From positions 67,440 through 131,439 of the forward strand of contig JAYPVM010000006.1 of assembly GCA_038134595.1 (NCBI GenBank): a stretch of DNA of 64,000 nt. Direction: 5' to 3'. This document shows positions 10,629 to 22,126 of the stretch, piece by piece. The stretch is from Pseudomonadota bacterium. Its GTDB lineage: Bacteria; Bdellovibrionota_C; UBA2361; OMII01. Numbering within the stretch: position 1 is the first letter of the stretch; each line of letters starts with the position of its first letter. Position numbers and translations under genes: made by a program. A model generated the notes under the pieces. The model saw only the letters and a program-made list of their open reading frames with translations. It searched no databases and was not told where the DNA came from.

Positions 10629-11234
10629 ATGACTTTAGAAGAATTAGCTCGTCAGCCTATATTTACCGCAAGCATTGTTATCTGCGCGTTAGTCATCACA
10701 TACGCAGTAGTCCGATGCTTATCTGCCCTCACTCAAGGCGCTGTACGAACCATTGCAAACGCGAGCATATCACCGATAGAGCTGGAGAGTATTGAATTAG
10801 CAGGCCACTTTCATGAAGACCTAGAGCAGCTTATTATATGGGTCGTATCAATTGAAAAACTCTCCGCCGAGCTTCCGGGTCCATTTGACGATCACTCATG
10901 GCTTCGACTGCTAGAGCTTATTGACACGCTCGAGATGATAAGAAATGAACTCAATACGAAACTACAGGAATCAAACTTCGCTATCGCTCTTCCGCTAAGT
11001 CGATATCTCACGGGCCAAAAAACTACTCCTCCAGAAATTTCTCTTCCTAACGGAAAACAAATTCATAGCATATCTCATTGGCAAGACACCTCGCATAACC
11101 TCATTCTGCGCATGCTCTCAAGGATAGAAGACGCTCTTACCTATGGCACAGGCGGAAATTCCAAGGAGATTTCAGATTCCTTTCGAAAAAACCTGGCAGA
11201 CATAAAAGAAGACGTGCTTCAACGACGTGACTGA
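10629..11234 (+). CDS. Hypothetical membrane-anchored protein
   Basis: 201 aa ORF starting 15 nt after lpxD. One N-terminal TM (FTASIVICALVITYAVV). I recognise no motif. Confidence 0.45.
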   Translation: MTLEELARQPIFTASIVICALVITYAVVRCLSALTQGAVRTIANASISPIELESIELAGHFHEDLEQLIIWVVSIEKLSAELPGPFDDHSWLRLLELIDTLEMIRNELNTKLQESNFAIALPLSRYLTGQKTTPPEISLPNGKQIHSISHWQDTSHNLILRMLSRIEDALTYGTGGNSKEISDSFRKNLADIKEDVLQRRD

Positions 11235-11253
11235 ACTGACACCAACCCTGAAG

Positions 11254-12534
11254 TCAACCTACCTGCTTAGCAACCTCTACGGTAAAAAACTCTTCGTGCA
11301 AAACACTCACGGCCATCTTGCAATATTTTCGTGCAACCATAATGGAAATCTTTATCTCAGATGTATTGACCATCTTAATGTCAATACCAGCACGCGCTAA
11401 GACTTTAAACACCCTCGAAGCGACTCCCGTGTGGTACCGCATGCCGATACCAACAACAGAAACTTTTGCAATATCTCTCTGAATCGTCACCGCATTTGCC
11501 CTCAAGGTTTCAACGCTATTACGAATAATCTCCAGCGCTCGTTCGCTTTGTTCATCAGGGACAGTTAAACTTACATTAACCTCATCGTCACCAATAAACT
11601 CCTGAGAGATCATGTCGATATAGATATCCTCCTCCGCAAGCACTTCGAATAGATGCGCTAAGGATTTAATATCAGCCTTCATGCCCGAGACAGCTATCTG
11701 AGCCTCGTCTAAGCGGTGCGTCACACCTGTCACCAACGCCTTTTCCATGAGTTCCTCCTCTGAGACAACGAATGTTCCATTTCTTCCGGGCTGCAAAGCT
11801 CCTAAAAACGTAGATAAAACCACTAGAGGTACCTTATATCGCATTGCAAAATAAACCGAGCGAGTATGGAGCACTTTCGCCCCCAAACTAGCCATTTCCA
11901 ACATCTCTTCATGCGATACTTGCGGCAACAAACGTGCGTCTTTGCAAAGTCGGGGGTCAGTAGAAAACACCCCCGCAACATCAGTGTAGATAAAACACAC
12001 CCGTGCGTGTAATACAGCTGCTAGAGCAACCGCCGTAATATCCGAGCCCCCTCTACCTAAGGTAGTAATGTCTCCCGAATCGACACAAATACCCTGAAAT
12101 CCAGCAACAACAGGAATGCCATTATCTGCCAATAGACTTTTTAGCGCTTGACTTTCAATACCCTCAATTTGTGCGTTAGTGTGCCGATCATTTGTAGAGA
12201 TCCTTGCCTGAGGGGCCAAATAACTTCTTGCCTTCAATCCCCTATCCTGTAACGCCATCGCCAAAAGCGCTACAGACACCTGTTCGCCACTTGCCAAAAG
12301 AACATCCATCTCTCGCGGCGCTGGACTATTGGCACAGTGCTTGGCAAGGGATGTAAGGCGATTAGTTTCTCCAGCCATCGCAGAAACAACCACAACTATA
12401 CCTTCGTTCGGATTGCGCACTCGATGCTCTACGATAATATCAGCAACACGATTGATTCTATCGACATCACCTACAGAAGTTCCTCCAAATTTCATAACTA
12501 CGAGGGGGCATGTCACTAACACATCTGACCTCAT
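11254..12534 (-). CDS. lysC: Aspartate kinase with C-terminal ACT domains
   Basis: Glycine-rich kinase N-terminus (MKFGGTSVGDV...VVVVSAMAGETNRL) plus C-terminal ACT repeats. The start is either 12534, which overlaps the tsaE stop as ATGA and has a GAGGGA SD, or 12495 at MKFGG. Confidence 0.85.
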   Translation of the reverse strand: MRSDVLVTCPLVVMKFGGTSVGDVDRINRVADIIVEHRVRNPNEGIVVVVSAMAGETNRLTSLAKHCANSPAPREMDVLLASGEQVSVALLAMALQDRGLKARSYLAPQARISTNDRHTNAQIEGIESQALKSLLADNGIPVVAGFQGICVDSGDITTLGRGGSDITAVALAAVLHARVCFIYTDVAGVFSTDPRLCKDARLLPQVSHEEMLEMASLGAKVLHTRSVYFAMRYKVPLVVLSTFLGALQPGRNGTFVVSEEELMEKALVTGVTHRLDEAQIAVSGMKADIKSLAHLFEVLAEEDIYIDMISQEFIGDDEVNVSLTVPDEQSERALEIIRNSVETLRANAVTIQRDIAKVSVVGIGMRYHTGVASRVFKVLARAGIDIKMVNTSEIKISIMVARKYCKMAVSVLHEEFFTVEVAKQVG

Positions 12535-12986
12535 GGAACATCCCTCTCTACATGTGCTCGCCCAGGAGTTATCGTCAACGTTCGTTTTTCTGGTTCTTCC
12601 GTTTCATCCAAATCTATTGTGACGAAGAGGTCTATAGCCCCTTCGGGCCATCGAACGCTTTCTGGCCACTCGATCAATCGGAGTGTCGATTCATTAGGTT
12701 GCTCGTATAACTCATCCGGCAGTTCTGCAACCCTGTAAAGATCCCAATGCTCTACTGTAAACTGAGTCCCAATCGCGTACTGATACTCGAGCGTATACGA
12801 CGGTGAAGCCACCTGGTCAGATTGGCCTCCTAAAGCGGCAACAAAATACCGAACAAATGTTGTCTTGCCCGCGCCCAAAGGTCCCGACAAGCCAATAACA
12901 CATCCGCCATCGACTGCAGCCGCAAGCCATTGGGCAGCTTGCCTGGTGTCATACTCGCAAGAGATGCAGAATATCTTGTTCATCAT
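12531..12986 (-). CDS. tsaE: tRNA threonylcarbamoyladenosine biosynthesis ATPase TsaE (YjeE)
   Basis: P-loop (GLSGPLGAGKTTFVRYF) in the TsaE-typical context. The longest ORF extends to 13028, but the likely start is the MMNKIF codon at 12986. Confidence 0.8.
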   Translation of the reverse strand: MMNKIFCISCEYDTRQAAQWLAAAVDGGCVIGLSGPLGAGKTTFVRYFVAALGGQSDQVASPSYTLEYQYAIGTQFTVEHWDLYRVAELPDELYEQPNESTLRLIEWPESVRWPEGAIDLFVTIDLDETEEPEKRTLTITPGRAHVERDVP

Positions 12987-13040
12987 AGCAATTCGGCAGT
13001 ACCCGAACCGAAACAACCACAGAAGCACAGAGTAGCAAGA

Positions 13041-14456
13041 CTATTCGCTCCATTCAGTATGAAAAACACCATCTTTATCTTTCCGCTCGTACGTATGGGC
13101 TCCAAAGAAATCTCGTTGTGCCTGCGTCAGGTTTTGAGGCAGATCAACCGTTCTAAAGCTATCAAAATACGACAGTGATCCACTAAGCGCCAGTGTGGGA
13201 ACACCCCGCTCCGCCGCCCTACAAACAACAGACCGAAGGCTTGGAATACAGCGAGTTAGCTCCTCCTTCATAAACGGATCTGTAACTAGATTTTTCAGAT
13301 CTTGCTTTCCTTTAAACGCCCTGCGAATTTCATCTAAAAATTGCGCGCGGATAATACATCCGCCCTTCCACATAGCCGCAATTTCATCTAACTTCAAATC
13401 CCATTGCCAATGGTCCGATGCAGAAGCTATAAGAGCCATTCCCTGGGCATAAGACATAATTTTCGAGGCATACAGTGCATCGTGAACTTGTGAGACTAAT
13501 TCGTCCGACCGAGCTGGAGCCGATTCAATAGCCTCTGGCGACATGAAATCTTTTGCGCCCTCAATTCGCTGATCCTTCATACTACTCAGGATCCGAGCAT
13601 CCACTGCCGCCGATATTGTTGGAATAGCGACACCAAGCTCCAGTGCAATTTGAGCGGTCCACGTTCCGGTTCCTTTTTGGCCAGCCTTGTCTAGTATTTT
13701 ATCTACTAAAAAGGAACTATCATCCTCATCTCGCTTTCCAAAGATTTTTGCCGTAATCTCTATTAAATAAGATGAAAGCGGCCCACTATTCCAAGAAGTA
13801 AAAATCTCCTGAAGCTCGATGGGCGTGTATCCCCCGATTCTTTTTAGGATGTCATACGCCTCTGCAATTAACTGCATGTCACCATATTCGATCCCATTGT
13901 GAACCATCTTAACAAAATGGCCAGCCCCATTAGGCCCAACGTAATTTGTGCATGGCTCATCTGCTACCGCCGCAATTTTCTCTAGTAACGGCTGGACAAT
14001 CCTCCACGCTTCTTTAGGGCCTCCAGGCATCAAACTTGGGCCTTTGAGCGCACCCTCCTCGCCTCCTGAGATTCCAACTCCCAGAAAGTTCAAACCAACA
14101 TCGTACAGTTTTTTCTCCCGACGAATTGTATCCTTGAAATAAGTATTTCCTCCATCGATTATGATATCGCCCTTATCCAAAAGAGGAATGAGCTGATCAA
14201 TAATTGCATCAACTGCTCCGCCAGCCTTGATCATTATAAATATTTGCCTTGGAGCCTGCATGCTGTTAACAAATCCCTCCAAGTCATAGGAGGATACGAA
14301 TGCACTGCCATCAACGACAAAATCTTTTTCGAACTGCTCAGTCACACTTCGACTGCGATTGTAAACTGCAACTGGTATGCCACGACTCTCAATGTTTCGG
14401 GCTAAATTGGAACCCATCACTGCTAAACCGATTACACCAACGTTTGGCTTACTCAT
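13041..14456 (-). CDS. gnd: 6-phosphogluconate dehydrogenase (decarboxylating)
   Basis: 471 aa with an N-terminal Rossmann motif (VGVIGLAVMGSNLARN) and the conserved Gnd catalytic and C-terminal domains. Confidence 0.9.
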   Translation of the reverse strand: MSKPNVGVIGLAVMGSNLARNIESRGIPVAVYNRSRSVTEQFEKDFVVDGSAFVSSYDLEGFVNSMQAPRQIFIMIKAGGAVDAIIDQLIPLLDKGDIIIDGGNTYFKDTIRREKKLYDVGLNFLGVGISGGEEGALKGPSLMPGGPKEAWRIVQPLLEKIAAVADEPCTNYVGPNGAGHFVKMVHNGIEYGDMQLIAEAYDILKRIGGYTPIELQEIFTSWNSGPLSSYLIEITAKIFGKRDEDDSSFLVDKILDKAGQKGTGTWTAQIALELGVAIPTISAAVDARILSSMKDQRIEGAKDFMSPEAIESAPARSDELVSQVHDALYASKIMSYAQGMALIASASDHWQWDLKLDEIAAMWKGGCIIRAQFLDEIRRAFKGKQDLKNLVTDPFMKEELTRCIPSLRSVVCRAAERGVPTLALSGSLSYFDSFRTVDLPQNLTQAQRDFFGAHTYERKDKDGVFHTEWSE

Positions 14457-14580
14457 ACAAACTCTCCTTACCGCTCACTCCCGCAGCCCTATTTTTTAGT
14501 CAAATATCGTGACCTATTGTTACTTCCCTGGTGGGAATGTACGCCTTTATATGCAGCCGGTATTCTAGGACAGATTGAGA

Positions 14581-15348
14581 TTAAGATCCACTAGGCAAAA
14601 AACAGGGGATTTTTCTTCGTGTTACCTGACTTTCTCCACATTGCACCTGATACTGTAGGCCTTGTGTAAGCTCCACTATTGACAAAGCATTTCCATATGC
14701 AATTCCAGTGTCAATTCCTAACTTGTAGGGCAAGTCAATAAACAGTTCGTTAAAGGATGTGTGGCCAAAGACAACTGTTTTTCCAAATCTATGCTGATTG
14801 TTGATAAAGTCGTGTCGAATCCATCGTAAATCATGAGGATCTTGCATCTCTAGAGGCACTTCAGGCCTAATGCCCGCGTGGACTAAAATATAATTATCTA
14901 CTATCACACCGACTGGCAGCCCTTGGATAAAATCTATATCCCCCGGTGGAAGCGCTCGCACTATCTCACTCCGCTCCATCGTGGGATCAATACCGTAACT
15001 TTCTAAGCATTGTGTTCCACCATTTGCCAGGTAAAACTCTCCGTGCTCTCCACTCAGGCCGAGAAAACTCAGTAACATTTCTTCGTGATTTCCCTGAAGA
15101 CACTGCGTATTGGGATTTTTTTGACAGAAAGCCCTTAGATATTCAATGACCCCACGAGAGTCTGGCCCCCTGTCGATGTAATCACCTATAAAGACCACCA
15201 AGTCATATTCGGTAATAGGGCGCTCTTGAGAAATGAAATCAATAAGTGTCGCAAGCTCTTTTAAATTGCCGTGGACATCGCCCACCGCATAGATGCGCTG
15301 GAAATCATCCGGCAATATTATAAATTCCCCCATAGGCGATTCACTCAT
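14581..15348 (-). CDS. PPP-family serine/threonine phosphatase (metallophosphoesterase, PrpA/ApaH-like)
   Basis: 255 aa with the three PPP motifs GDVHGN, GDYIDRG and GNHE. It starts 12 nt after the lepA stop. Confidence 0.75.
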   Translation of the reverse strand: MSESPMGEFIILPDDFQRIYAVGDVHGNLKELATLIDFISQERPITEYDLVVFIGDYIDRGPDSRGVIEYLRAFCQKNPNTQCLQGNHEEMLLSFLGLSGEHGEFYLANGGTQCLESYGIDPTMERSEIVRALPPGDIDFIQGLPVGVIVDNYILVHAGIRPEVPLEMQDPHDLRWIRHDFINNQHRFGKTVVFGHTSFNELFIDLPYKLGIDTGIAYGNALSIVELTQGLQYQVQCGESQVTRRKIPCFLPSGS

Positions 15349-15359
15349 ATCGAAGGGTT

Positions 15360-17171
15360 TTATCTATCATCTCCTAGTTTCAGAACCGCCAAGAATGCTT
15401 CCTGCGGAATCGACACCTTTCCTACTTGCTTCATCCGCTTTTTGCCCTCTTTTTGCTTTTCGAGCAGCTTTCGCTTTCGAGTTATGTCTCCACCATAGCA
15501 CTTCGCCGTCACATTCTTTCTAAGCGCCTTTACCGTACTACGCGCAATAACCTTTGTTCCTATTGATGCCTGAATAGCAATCTCAAACATCTGTCTATCG
15601 ATTATATCTCGTAGCTTTTCGGTTAGTTCCTTTCCGCGATAATACGCTTTATCACGATGCACTATGATACTTAAAGCATCGACAATCTCTCCATTTAACT
15701 TTATATCAAGTTTCACCAAATCTGCAGGCTGATAGCCTATGATTTCATAGTCAAATGAGGCGTATCCCTTAGTCATTGATTTCAAGCGGTCGTGAAAGTC
15801 TAAGACTATCTCATTTAGAGGAATCTCATAGGTGATAACAGCCCGTTCCATCCCGTGGAAAGCAAGATCCCTCTGCACTCCTCTCCGATCTTCACACAAT
15901 GACAAAACGTTACCCACAAACTCCTTTGGACAGTGAATTGTTGCCTGCACCACCGGCTCTTCAATTCGATCGATTTCTTGCGTTGGTGGCATCTTCGATG
16001 GATTATCAACATCCAAAACAACGCCATCTTCTTTATGAATCTTATACACCACTGAAGGGGCTGTAGTGATAAGATTAAGTTCAAATTCACGCTCTAATCG
16101 CTCTTGCACTATCTCCATATGCAAAAGGCCAAGATAGCCACAACGATATCCAAATCCCAATGCAACGGAGGTTTCCGGCTCAAATGTAAAGGCACTGTCA
16201 TTGAGGCTTAATTTTTCAAGCGCAACCTTAAGAGCGGCATAATCATCGGAATCTACCGGGAACAGCCCACCAAAAACCATGGGCTGCACCTCCTTAAATC
16301 CCGGCAAAGGCTCAACATCGCCATTCTTACTGTGAGTAACGGTATCTCCAATCTTGACGTCTCGAAGTGTCTTTACAGCTGCGGAGAAAAATCCAACCTC
16401 ACCACTTCGAAGCGTCTTGACCTCTGTGGCATGTGGTGTGAAAACTCCCAGCTTGTACACCTCATATTCTCGATCGGTAACAACAAAGCGTATATCATCC
16501 CCTGGCTCAATTGCCCCATCGATTACTCTAACCTGCACCACAACTCCAAGATACGGGTCAAACCACGAATCATATACCAGGGCTCGTAATGGCGCATCAG
16601 CAGAGCCTCTCGAGGGCGGTGGCACCCGCTTGACAATAGCTTCTAATACCTCTGGGACTCCTATGCCAGTTTTTGCACTGATCGTCAGTGCATCCGAAGT
16701 ATCTAGCCCAATAACAGCTTCAATCTCTTCCTTGATCCTCTCAGCATCGGCATTAGGGAGGTCGATCTTATTCAAAACCGGAATGATTTCTAAATCGTGC
16801 TCAAGGGCAAGGTATACGTTTGCCAACGTCTGTGCCTCTACACCTTGTGAAGCATCAACAACTAACAGCGCACCCTCACAGGCTGAGAGGCTTTTTGACA
16901 CTTCGTAGTTAAAATCGACGTGCCCCGGGGTATCGATAAGATTTAGCTGATAATTAACGCCGTCACTCCCCTTATAGCTTAGACGGACCGTTTGAGCCTT
17001 AATAGTAATGCCTCGTTCCCTTTCCAAGTCTAACTTGTCGAGGATTTGCGACTGCATCTCACGCTTCTGGAGCGCTCCAGTCACTTCCAGGATCCTATCA
17101 GCAAGCGTCGATTTTCCGTGGTCGATATGGGCTATAATACTGAAATTGCGAATTCTACTTCGTTCTGTCAC
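15360..17171 (-). CDS. lepA: Elongation factor 4 (LepA)
   Basis: 603 aa with the G1 motif [13 protein letters not shown], an EF-G-like domain layout and a LepA-specific C-terminus. Confidence 0.95.
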   Translation of the reverse strand: MTERSRIRNFSIIAHIDHGKSTLADRILEVTGALQKREMQSQILDKLDLERERGITIKAQTVRLSYKGSDGVNYQLNLIDTPGHVDFNYEVSKSLSACEGALLVVDASQGVEAQTLANVYLALEHDLEIIPVLNKIDLPNADAERIKEEIEAVIGLDTSDALTISAKTGIGVPEVLEAIVKRVPPPSRGSADAPLRALVYDSWFDPYLGVVVQVRVIDGAIEPGDDIRFVVTDREYEVYKLGVFTPHATEVKTLRSGEVGFFSAAVKTLRDVKIGDTVTHSKNGDVEPLPGFKEVQPMVFGGLFPVDSDDYAALKVALEKLSLNDSAFTFEPETSVALGFGYRCGYLGLLHMEIVQERLEREFELNLITTAPSVVYKIHKEDGVVLDVDNPSKMPPTQEIDRIEEPVVQATIHCPKEFVGNVLSLCEDRRGVQRDLAFHGMERAVITYEIPLNEIVLDFHDRLKSMTKGYASFDYEIIGYQPADLVKLDIKLNGEIVDALSIIVHRDKAYYRGKELTEKLRDIIDRQMFEIAIQASIGTKVIARSTVKALRKNVTAKCYGGDITRKRKLLEKQKEGKKRMKQVGKVSIPQEAFLAVLKLGDDR

Positions 17172-17189
17172 AAAAAATATCCAGCTCTA

Positions 17190-18140
17190 TTACGCAGTCT
17201 GTTTCAACGCTCGTAAGCGAGCATCAAAGTCGGCAATCGTACGTTTTAATCCCTCGTCCAGGAGCACACTGGGCTCCCATTTTAACTCCCGTTTCGCAAG
17301 TGAGATATCTGGCTTTCGTCGAGTCGGGTCATCGGTAGGGAGCGGGCGCAAAACGACCTTGGATGACGATCCGGTTAATTCAATTATCTTCTTAGCTAGA
17401 TCGATAATTGTCATCTCATTCGGATTACCCAGATTAACCGGGCCATAGAATCCTTCTCGATTCATCGCACCCATGATCCCCCGAACCAGATCATCGACAA
17501 AACAAAACGACCGAGTCTGCAAGCCTTCTCCGTATACCGTAATATCCTCACCTTTTAGTGCCTGTACGATGAAATTCGATACTACTCTCCCATCATCAAA
17601 CAACATCCGAGGGCCGTATGTGTTAAATATCCGTACGATCCTAGCGTCAACTGTACCCTGCTCTTTATAATTGAACGAGAGGGTCTCAGCGACTCGCTTG
17701 CCTTCATCATAACAGCTTCTTGGCCCGACAGGATTCACATTACCCCAGTACGTCTCGCACTGTGGATGCTCCAGAGGGTCTCCATACACCTCCGAAGTCG
17801 AAGCCAATAAGAAGCGTGACTTAGTACGCTTGGCCAAGCCCAGCATATTCAGAGTACCTGTAACGCTTGTTTTAATAGTCTTTATTGGATTGTACTGATA
17901 GTGAATCGGGGAAGCAGGACACGCCAAATGGTACACTTGATCACACTCAAGCCACAATGGTTGGGTTACGTCGTGACGTACAAAGTCAAAATTTGGATCA
18001 TCCAAAAACCCATAAATGTTGGCCTTGGTCCCGGTAAAAAGGTTATCTACGGCTATGACCTCATGCCCCTCCGAAAGCAGTTCACCACAGAGGTGTGAAC
18101 CAATAAAACCAGCACCACCAGTAACCACTATCCTTGCCAT
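17190..18140 (-). CDS. UDP-glucuronate decarboxylase (UDP-xylose synthase-type extended SDR; ArnA decarboxylase-domain-like)
   Basis: 316 aa with [11 protein letters not shown] Rossmann motif, YDEGKR catalytic Tyr motif and a VDNLFTG UXS-like signature. Immediately downstream of ugd. Confidence 0.8.
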   Translation of the reverse strand: MARIVVTGGAGFIGSHLCGELLSEGHEVIAVDNLFTGTKANIYGFLDDPNFDFVRHDVTQPLWLECDQVYHLACPASPIHYQYNPIKTIKTSVTGTLNMLGLAKRTKSRFLLASTSEVYGDPLEHPQCETYWGNVNPVGPRSCYDEGKRVAETLSFNYKEQGTVDARIVRIFNTYGPRMLFDDGRVVSNFIVQALKGEDITVYGEGLQTRSFCFVDDLVRGIMGAMNREGFYGPVNLGNPNEMTIIDLAKKIIELTGSSSKVVLRPLPTDDPTRRKPDISLAKRELKWEPSVLLDEGLKRTIADFDARLRALKQTA

Positions 18141-18181
18141 GCGTCGTACCTCTTATCCCTTGTATTGCGTTTTGCTCTCTA

Positions 18182-19507
18182 TCAGGAGCCCCGTACCACG
18201 GGCCGTCCGATGCTGTAGTATGTAAAGCCTAATGACTGCATATCCTCAAGCTCATACAGATTCCTTCCGTCAAATATGACAGGAGACTGCAATGCAGTCT
18301 TGATACGATCGAAATTCGGCTGACGAAATGAATTCCATTCAGTGCATATAATCAAGGCATCGGCCCCGTTTAGGGCCTCGTAATTATCCTGACAGTAGGA
18401 AATTTGCGGATTAGCCCCGAAGCGCTCATTAAAGGTTCCATTAGCCTCTGGATCATGGGCACGAACAGTAGCGCCTAATCGAACCAAGTCCTCACATAAA
18501 ACTAGTGCCGGCGCATCACGAACATCATCGGTTTTAGGCTTAAATGCCAACCCCCATACGGCAACAGTCTTCCCGTTTAAATTATCAGCTCCAAAATGCT
18601 CCACCACCTTGGAGGTCATTACTTTCTTCTGTTGATGATTTGTCTGCTCCACGGCTTCTGAAATCCTCATCGGCACATCATGTTCCAATCCGGTTCGAAC
18701 AAGCGCCTGAACATCCTTTGGAAAGCACGAACCACCGTATCCCATCCCCGGAAAGATAAAACTCATTCCGATTCGCGAATCGGTTCCGATTCCTAATCGC
18801 ACCTTATCTATATCAGCACCCGCCTGCTCACACAGATTAGCAACTTCATTCATAAATGAAATCCGGAGAGCCAGCATTGCATTTGCAGCATACTTAGTCA
18901 TTTCTGCAGATTTGATATCCATGACAAGAATAGGATTATTATTCCTCACAAATGGCGCATACAATTCACGCATCACTTCAGCTACCTTATCATCGGCGGC
19001 CCCAATGACGACTCGATCTGGACGCAGAAAATCATCTATCGCCGCACCCTCCTTTAAAAACTCAGGATTGCTGACAACATGAACAGGATGTGATGAAACG
19101 CTTTCGATTGCAGCCCGCACCTTATCTGCGGTACCTACTGGCACTGTCGACTTATCCACAACTATCTTTGTGCCATTCATATGCTGACCGATACCCAGTG
19201 CAACATTGAGAACATGAGACAGGTCGGCTGAGCCATCCTCATCCTGTGGGGTACCGACTGCAATAAAGATAATCTGTGAGCTCTCGACGGCATCTTTTAG
19301 CGACGTCGAAAACTTCAGGCGCCCGGCCTTCGCATTGCCCTGAACAAGTTCCTCTAATCCTGGTTCGTATATTGGTATCTGCCCATTTTTAAGCGCAGTT
19401 ATTTTTTCTTGATTAACATCAACACACACAACGTCATTACCGGTTTCGGCAAAACATGCCCCGGCCACCAATCCAACATATCCAGTTCCTACAATCGCAA
19501 TATTCAT
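18182..19507 (-). CDS. ugd: UDP-glucose 6-dehydrogenase
   Basis: 441 aa with the NAD-binding N-terminus IAIVGTGYVGLV and the catalytic Cys region GYGGSCFPKD. Confidence 0.9.
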   Translation of the reverse strand: MNIAIVGTGYVGLVAGACFAETGNDVVCVDVNQEKITALKNGQIPIYEPGLEELVQGNAKAGRLKFSTSLKDAVESSQIIFIAVGTPQDEDGSADLSHVLNVALGIGQHMNGTKIVVDKSTVPVGTADKVRAAIESVSSHPVHVVSNPEFLKEGAAIDDFLRPDRVVIGAADDKVAEVMRELYAPFVRNNNPILVMDIKSAEMTKYAANAMLALRISFMNEVANLCEQAGADIDKVRLGIGTDSRIGMSFIFPGMGYGGSCFPKDVQALVRTGLEHDVPMRISEAVEQTNHQQKKVMTSKVVEHFGADNLNGKTVAVWGLAFKPKTDDVRDAPALVLCEDLVRLGATVRAHDPEANGTFNERFGANPQISYCQDNYEALNGADALIICTEWNSFRQPNFDRIKTALQSPVIFDGRNLYELEDMQSLGFTYYSIGRPVVRGS

Positions 19508-19775
19508 CTTACTTCCTCGTGATTATACTTTCGTGACTCATGGCTGCCAGCCTTGCTTTTGGAACCTATACTCTCGGCACATCGTGTGCGAAACAATCGA
19601 CACTACTCAAGTGTGGCAGAATATAGCCCAAGTCAAAGGGGAGATCAAAGAGGGATTGCAGTCCCAGAGAAGTCGCCCCTCCCCTTCATGCCTGGCAGTT
19701 TAAACGATAAAAACCTAGCATATATAAGCGATTTGTCTGCATGTTAGAGCATAGCATCAAGGTAGCACATAGAAA

Positions 19776-22100
19776 CTACCACCCAAGCACAGCAAGCGTC
19801 CTATCTCCAATGGCCTCCTGGTAAACACCCCCTTCGAGCCCACGCTGTTCATCTAATCGCTTAAAATCACCAGCATCCAATGAAAAGAGCGTAAGAGTTG
19901 GATTGTGAAAACCATAGGTACCAGCAGGCGCCTCAAACTGCCTAATAACAGGCACTTCGGAGAAGATCTCTCTAAACCGCTGTCGCAGTATCGCTGCACT
20001 TTCTGGCTGACTGAAATAACGGTCATAAAACAAGCTCGACAACACAAGGTATTGAGCTCCGGAACTTCTTAATCGACCGACGGACAGATCCTGTATGATC
20101 CTCGCCCTCGGAATGTGTTCGACATTAAAAAATTTACCGTGAAAGTTTGGACAATACGGCTTCCAGTCCATTAAGACTTTTGAATCGTGTGGCAAGTTAT
20201 GGATCATCCAAGTTGCTAATTGCTCTCGAGTATCATTTGTTACATCTCTTGCCAACAAAACGCTTCGGGCAAGTGGAAACGAACCAAGAACGAATATAAA
20301 AAGAACCGCACCATACCTTAGCAATACCGTTCTATCCCTTCTCAACTGCTCACAAACGACAGCTATACCGATCGCCATAAACGGCAAACAGGGCAGAATA
20401 TACCTCTCCGGCTGGGGAGCTGGTTTAGCCTTAACAAACTCTGCGGGAAGATAAAATAAAAGTGCCATGGAAACGACAATTAGGTCCTCTAGCTTCGACC
20501 TCCTGATCAGAAATCCCAAAGCAACACAACTGACAACCGTAATTGGCAGGGTCATTCCCGGTCGGATACTTCGCCACAAATGATAACACCAAAGCTGAGA
20601 CCACGCGGAAATAGTTACGGTATGACCGGTCTGCATGTGTCTTGATTCAGAATGAAAATCTTTCAAGAATTTAGCCGAATTCAGCACAGAGAACGGCGTA
20701 GTTGCTATAAAGCCCAACGGCGCTACACATACTGAGAAGATAGCAATAGCGAGCCACCGCTTGTCAGGTTTAATACTACGGGAGCTAATCCACGGCGCAG
20801 TAGCAGGTATACCCACCATTAGTAGTCCGGAATACTTAACTCCCGCTGATGCTCCCGCAAGAAGTCCTGCAACGACCAAAAGCCATCGTTTGTTTGTTTG
20901 TACAGCGACTAATGTTGTCCACAAACACATCAAGACGACAAATGTCAACAAAGCGTCTTCCTTCATATACCGACTACATGTGACATGTAGCGGAAACGTC
21001 GCGAGCAAGAGTGCTCCTATAGCTCCGACCATCCGAGAATATAACCGCGTCCCGATTAAATAGACTAAAATTACAGAGCCAATCCCAGCCGTTGCACTAA
21101 CGAGCCTCCCTGCCAAAAAGGCAGTTTCCCGAAAGCTACCTTCTACGCCCAACCAATGCAGAAGCACATTTACCGCATAGCTTGAATAAAGAAGTAGAGA
21201 GGGATGTAAAAAATACTGTGGATCAAGGGTATTTTGATCCACCATCCTCATAATGGCATTAACTTTTGGCACCTCATCTGGATGGAAATTTGCCGGCAAG
21301 CCGAATGTAATTCCATATAATCTGAGCGAGGCCGCCACTACCACCGCAAGTAGGAGCACACCCATAGAGACAATTCTTGAATCCTCATCTTCCTGCACCC
21401 TTCTCTGAAGGTATCCCCACATACCAACTAGCATCCCCAAGCTAAGAACCATCACAGGCGGAAATTTAGACGGGGCGACATCCGAGAAAAAAACGAGCCC
21501 GCCCGCCAATATCCCTATTGCGGTAAGGGCAACAAGGCTTGAGAGCCCTGATTTTTGCGCAACATACCGAGTGAAAAATCCAAGTCCAGCAAAAAACCCC
21601 GCAACCACTGCAATCAACCACCAACCAACAAGTGGAAGGCCTATCCACGAGTTAATAGAAACCGACGCTAGGTGTGTTCCCAATAATCTTGGCTTACTCT
21701 CTGTTACGGGCTGAAAGAATCGAAGAGACTTAATCTTTAGATGCAGAGGACTGCATCCAAATGGCAACGACAGCTTAATTGGTGCTGCCCCGCCGATTTC
21801 AAAGTTTTTCCAGGAGCCATCGCAAACAGAAATTGCAACCAGAGGGACCTCATTTGCTCCAGGCCGAATATGGCCGAAATGCAACGCGATACGATTCCCG
21901 ATCCCAGCAAAATTCGATACCGCAATACGAAGTTCCTCTCCTACCCATCCATCATGAGTAATGTCCCCCTTGCTTATTCCCTGCAAATCATGTCCAGAAA
22001 ACGAATGTTTCGAAAGTGTGCCAGTAGAGGCAATCGAAGCAAGCATGCTAACGACGAAAATAAGGGCGAGTCGACTCAAGCGACCCATTTTGACCTGCAT
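19776..22100 (-). CDS. GT-C superfamily glycosyltransferase (GT39/GT83, ArnT/PMT-like) with extra N- and C-terminal extracytoplasmic domains
   Basis: 774 aa polytopic protein. The first extracytoplasmic loop carries an acidic HPDE motif in a GT39/ArnT-like context (LYGITFGLPANFHPDEVP). More than 10 TM helices. A C-terminal domain of about 200 aa is soluble. Confidence 0.65.
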   Translation of the reverse strand: MQVKMGRLSRLALIFVVSMLASIASTGTLSKHSFSGHDLQGISKGDITHDGWVGEELRIAVSNFAGIGNRIALHFGHIRPGANEVPLVAISVCDGSWKNFEIGGAAPIKLSLPFGCSPLHLKIKSLRFFQPVTESKPRLLGTHLASVSINSWIGLPLVGWWLIAVVAGFFAGLGFFTRYVAQKSGLSSLVALTAIGILAGGLVFFSDVAPSKFPPVMVLSLGMLVGMWGYLQRRVQEDEDSRIVSMGVLLLAVVVAASLRLYGITFGLPANFHPDEVPKVNAIMRMVDQNTLDPQYFLHPSLLLYSSYAVNVLLHWLGVEGSFRETAFLAGRLVSATAGIGSVILVYLIGTRLYSRMVGAIGALLLATFPLHVTCSRYMKEDALLTFVVLMCLWTTLVAVQTNKRWLLVVAGLLAGASAGVKYSGLLMVGIPATAPWISSRSIKPDKRWLAIAIFSVCVAPLGFIATTPFSVLNSAKFLKDFHSESRHMQTGHTVTISAWSQLWCYHLWRSIRPGMTLPITVVSCVALGFLIRRSKLEDLIVVSMALLFYLPAEFVKAKPAPQPERYILPCLPFMAIGIAVVCEQLRRDRTVLLRYGAVLFIFVLGSFPLARSVLLARDVTNDTREQLATWMIHNLPHDSKVLMDWKPYCPNFHGKFFNVEHIPRARIIQDLSVGRLRSSGAQYLVLSSLFYDRYFSQPESAAILRQRFREIFSEVPVIRQFEAPAGTYGFHNPTLTLFSLDAGDFKRLDEQRGLEGGVYQEAIGDRTLAVLGW

Positions 22101-22126
22101 GAAAACCTCTCTCTCTCTTATTCTCT

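Noticed and set aside
12531-12534. Possible gene overlap between tsaE stop and lysC start
   Set aside because: Not rejected as such, but ambiguous. The ATGA overlap supports the long lysC start at 12534. The canonical MKFGG N-terminus starts at 12495. I reported it in the feature evidence instead of as a finding.
16332-16908. Antisense ORFs (85 and 184 aa) within lepA
   Set aside because: They fall fully inside the highly conserved lepA coding frame. They are Ser/Thr/Pro-rich mirror-strand artefacts with no start context.
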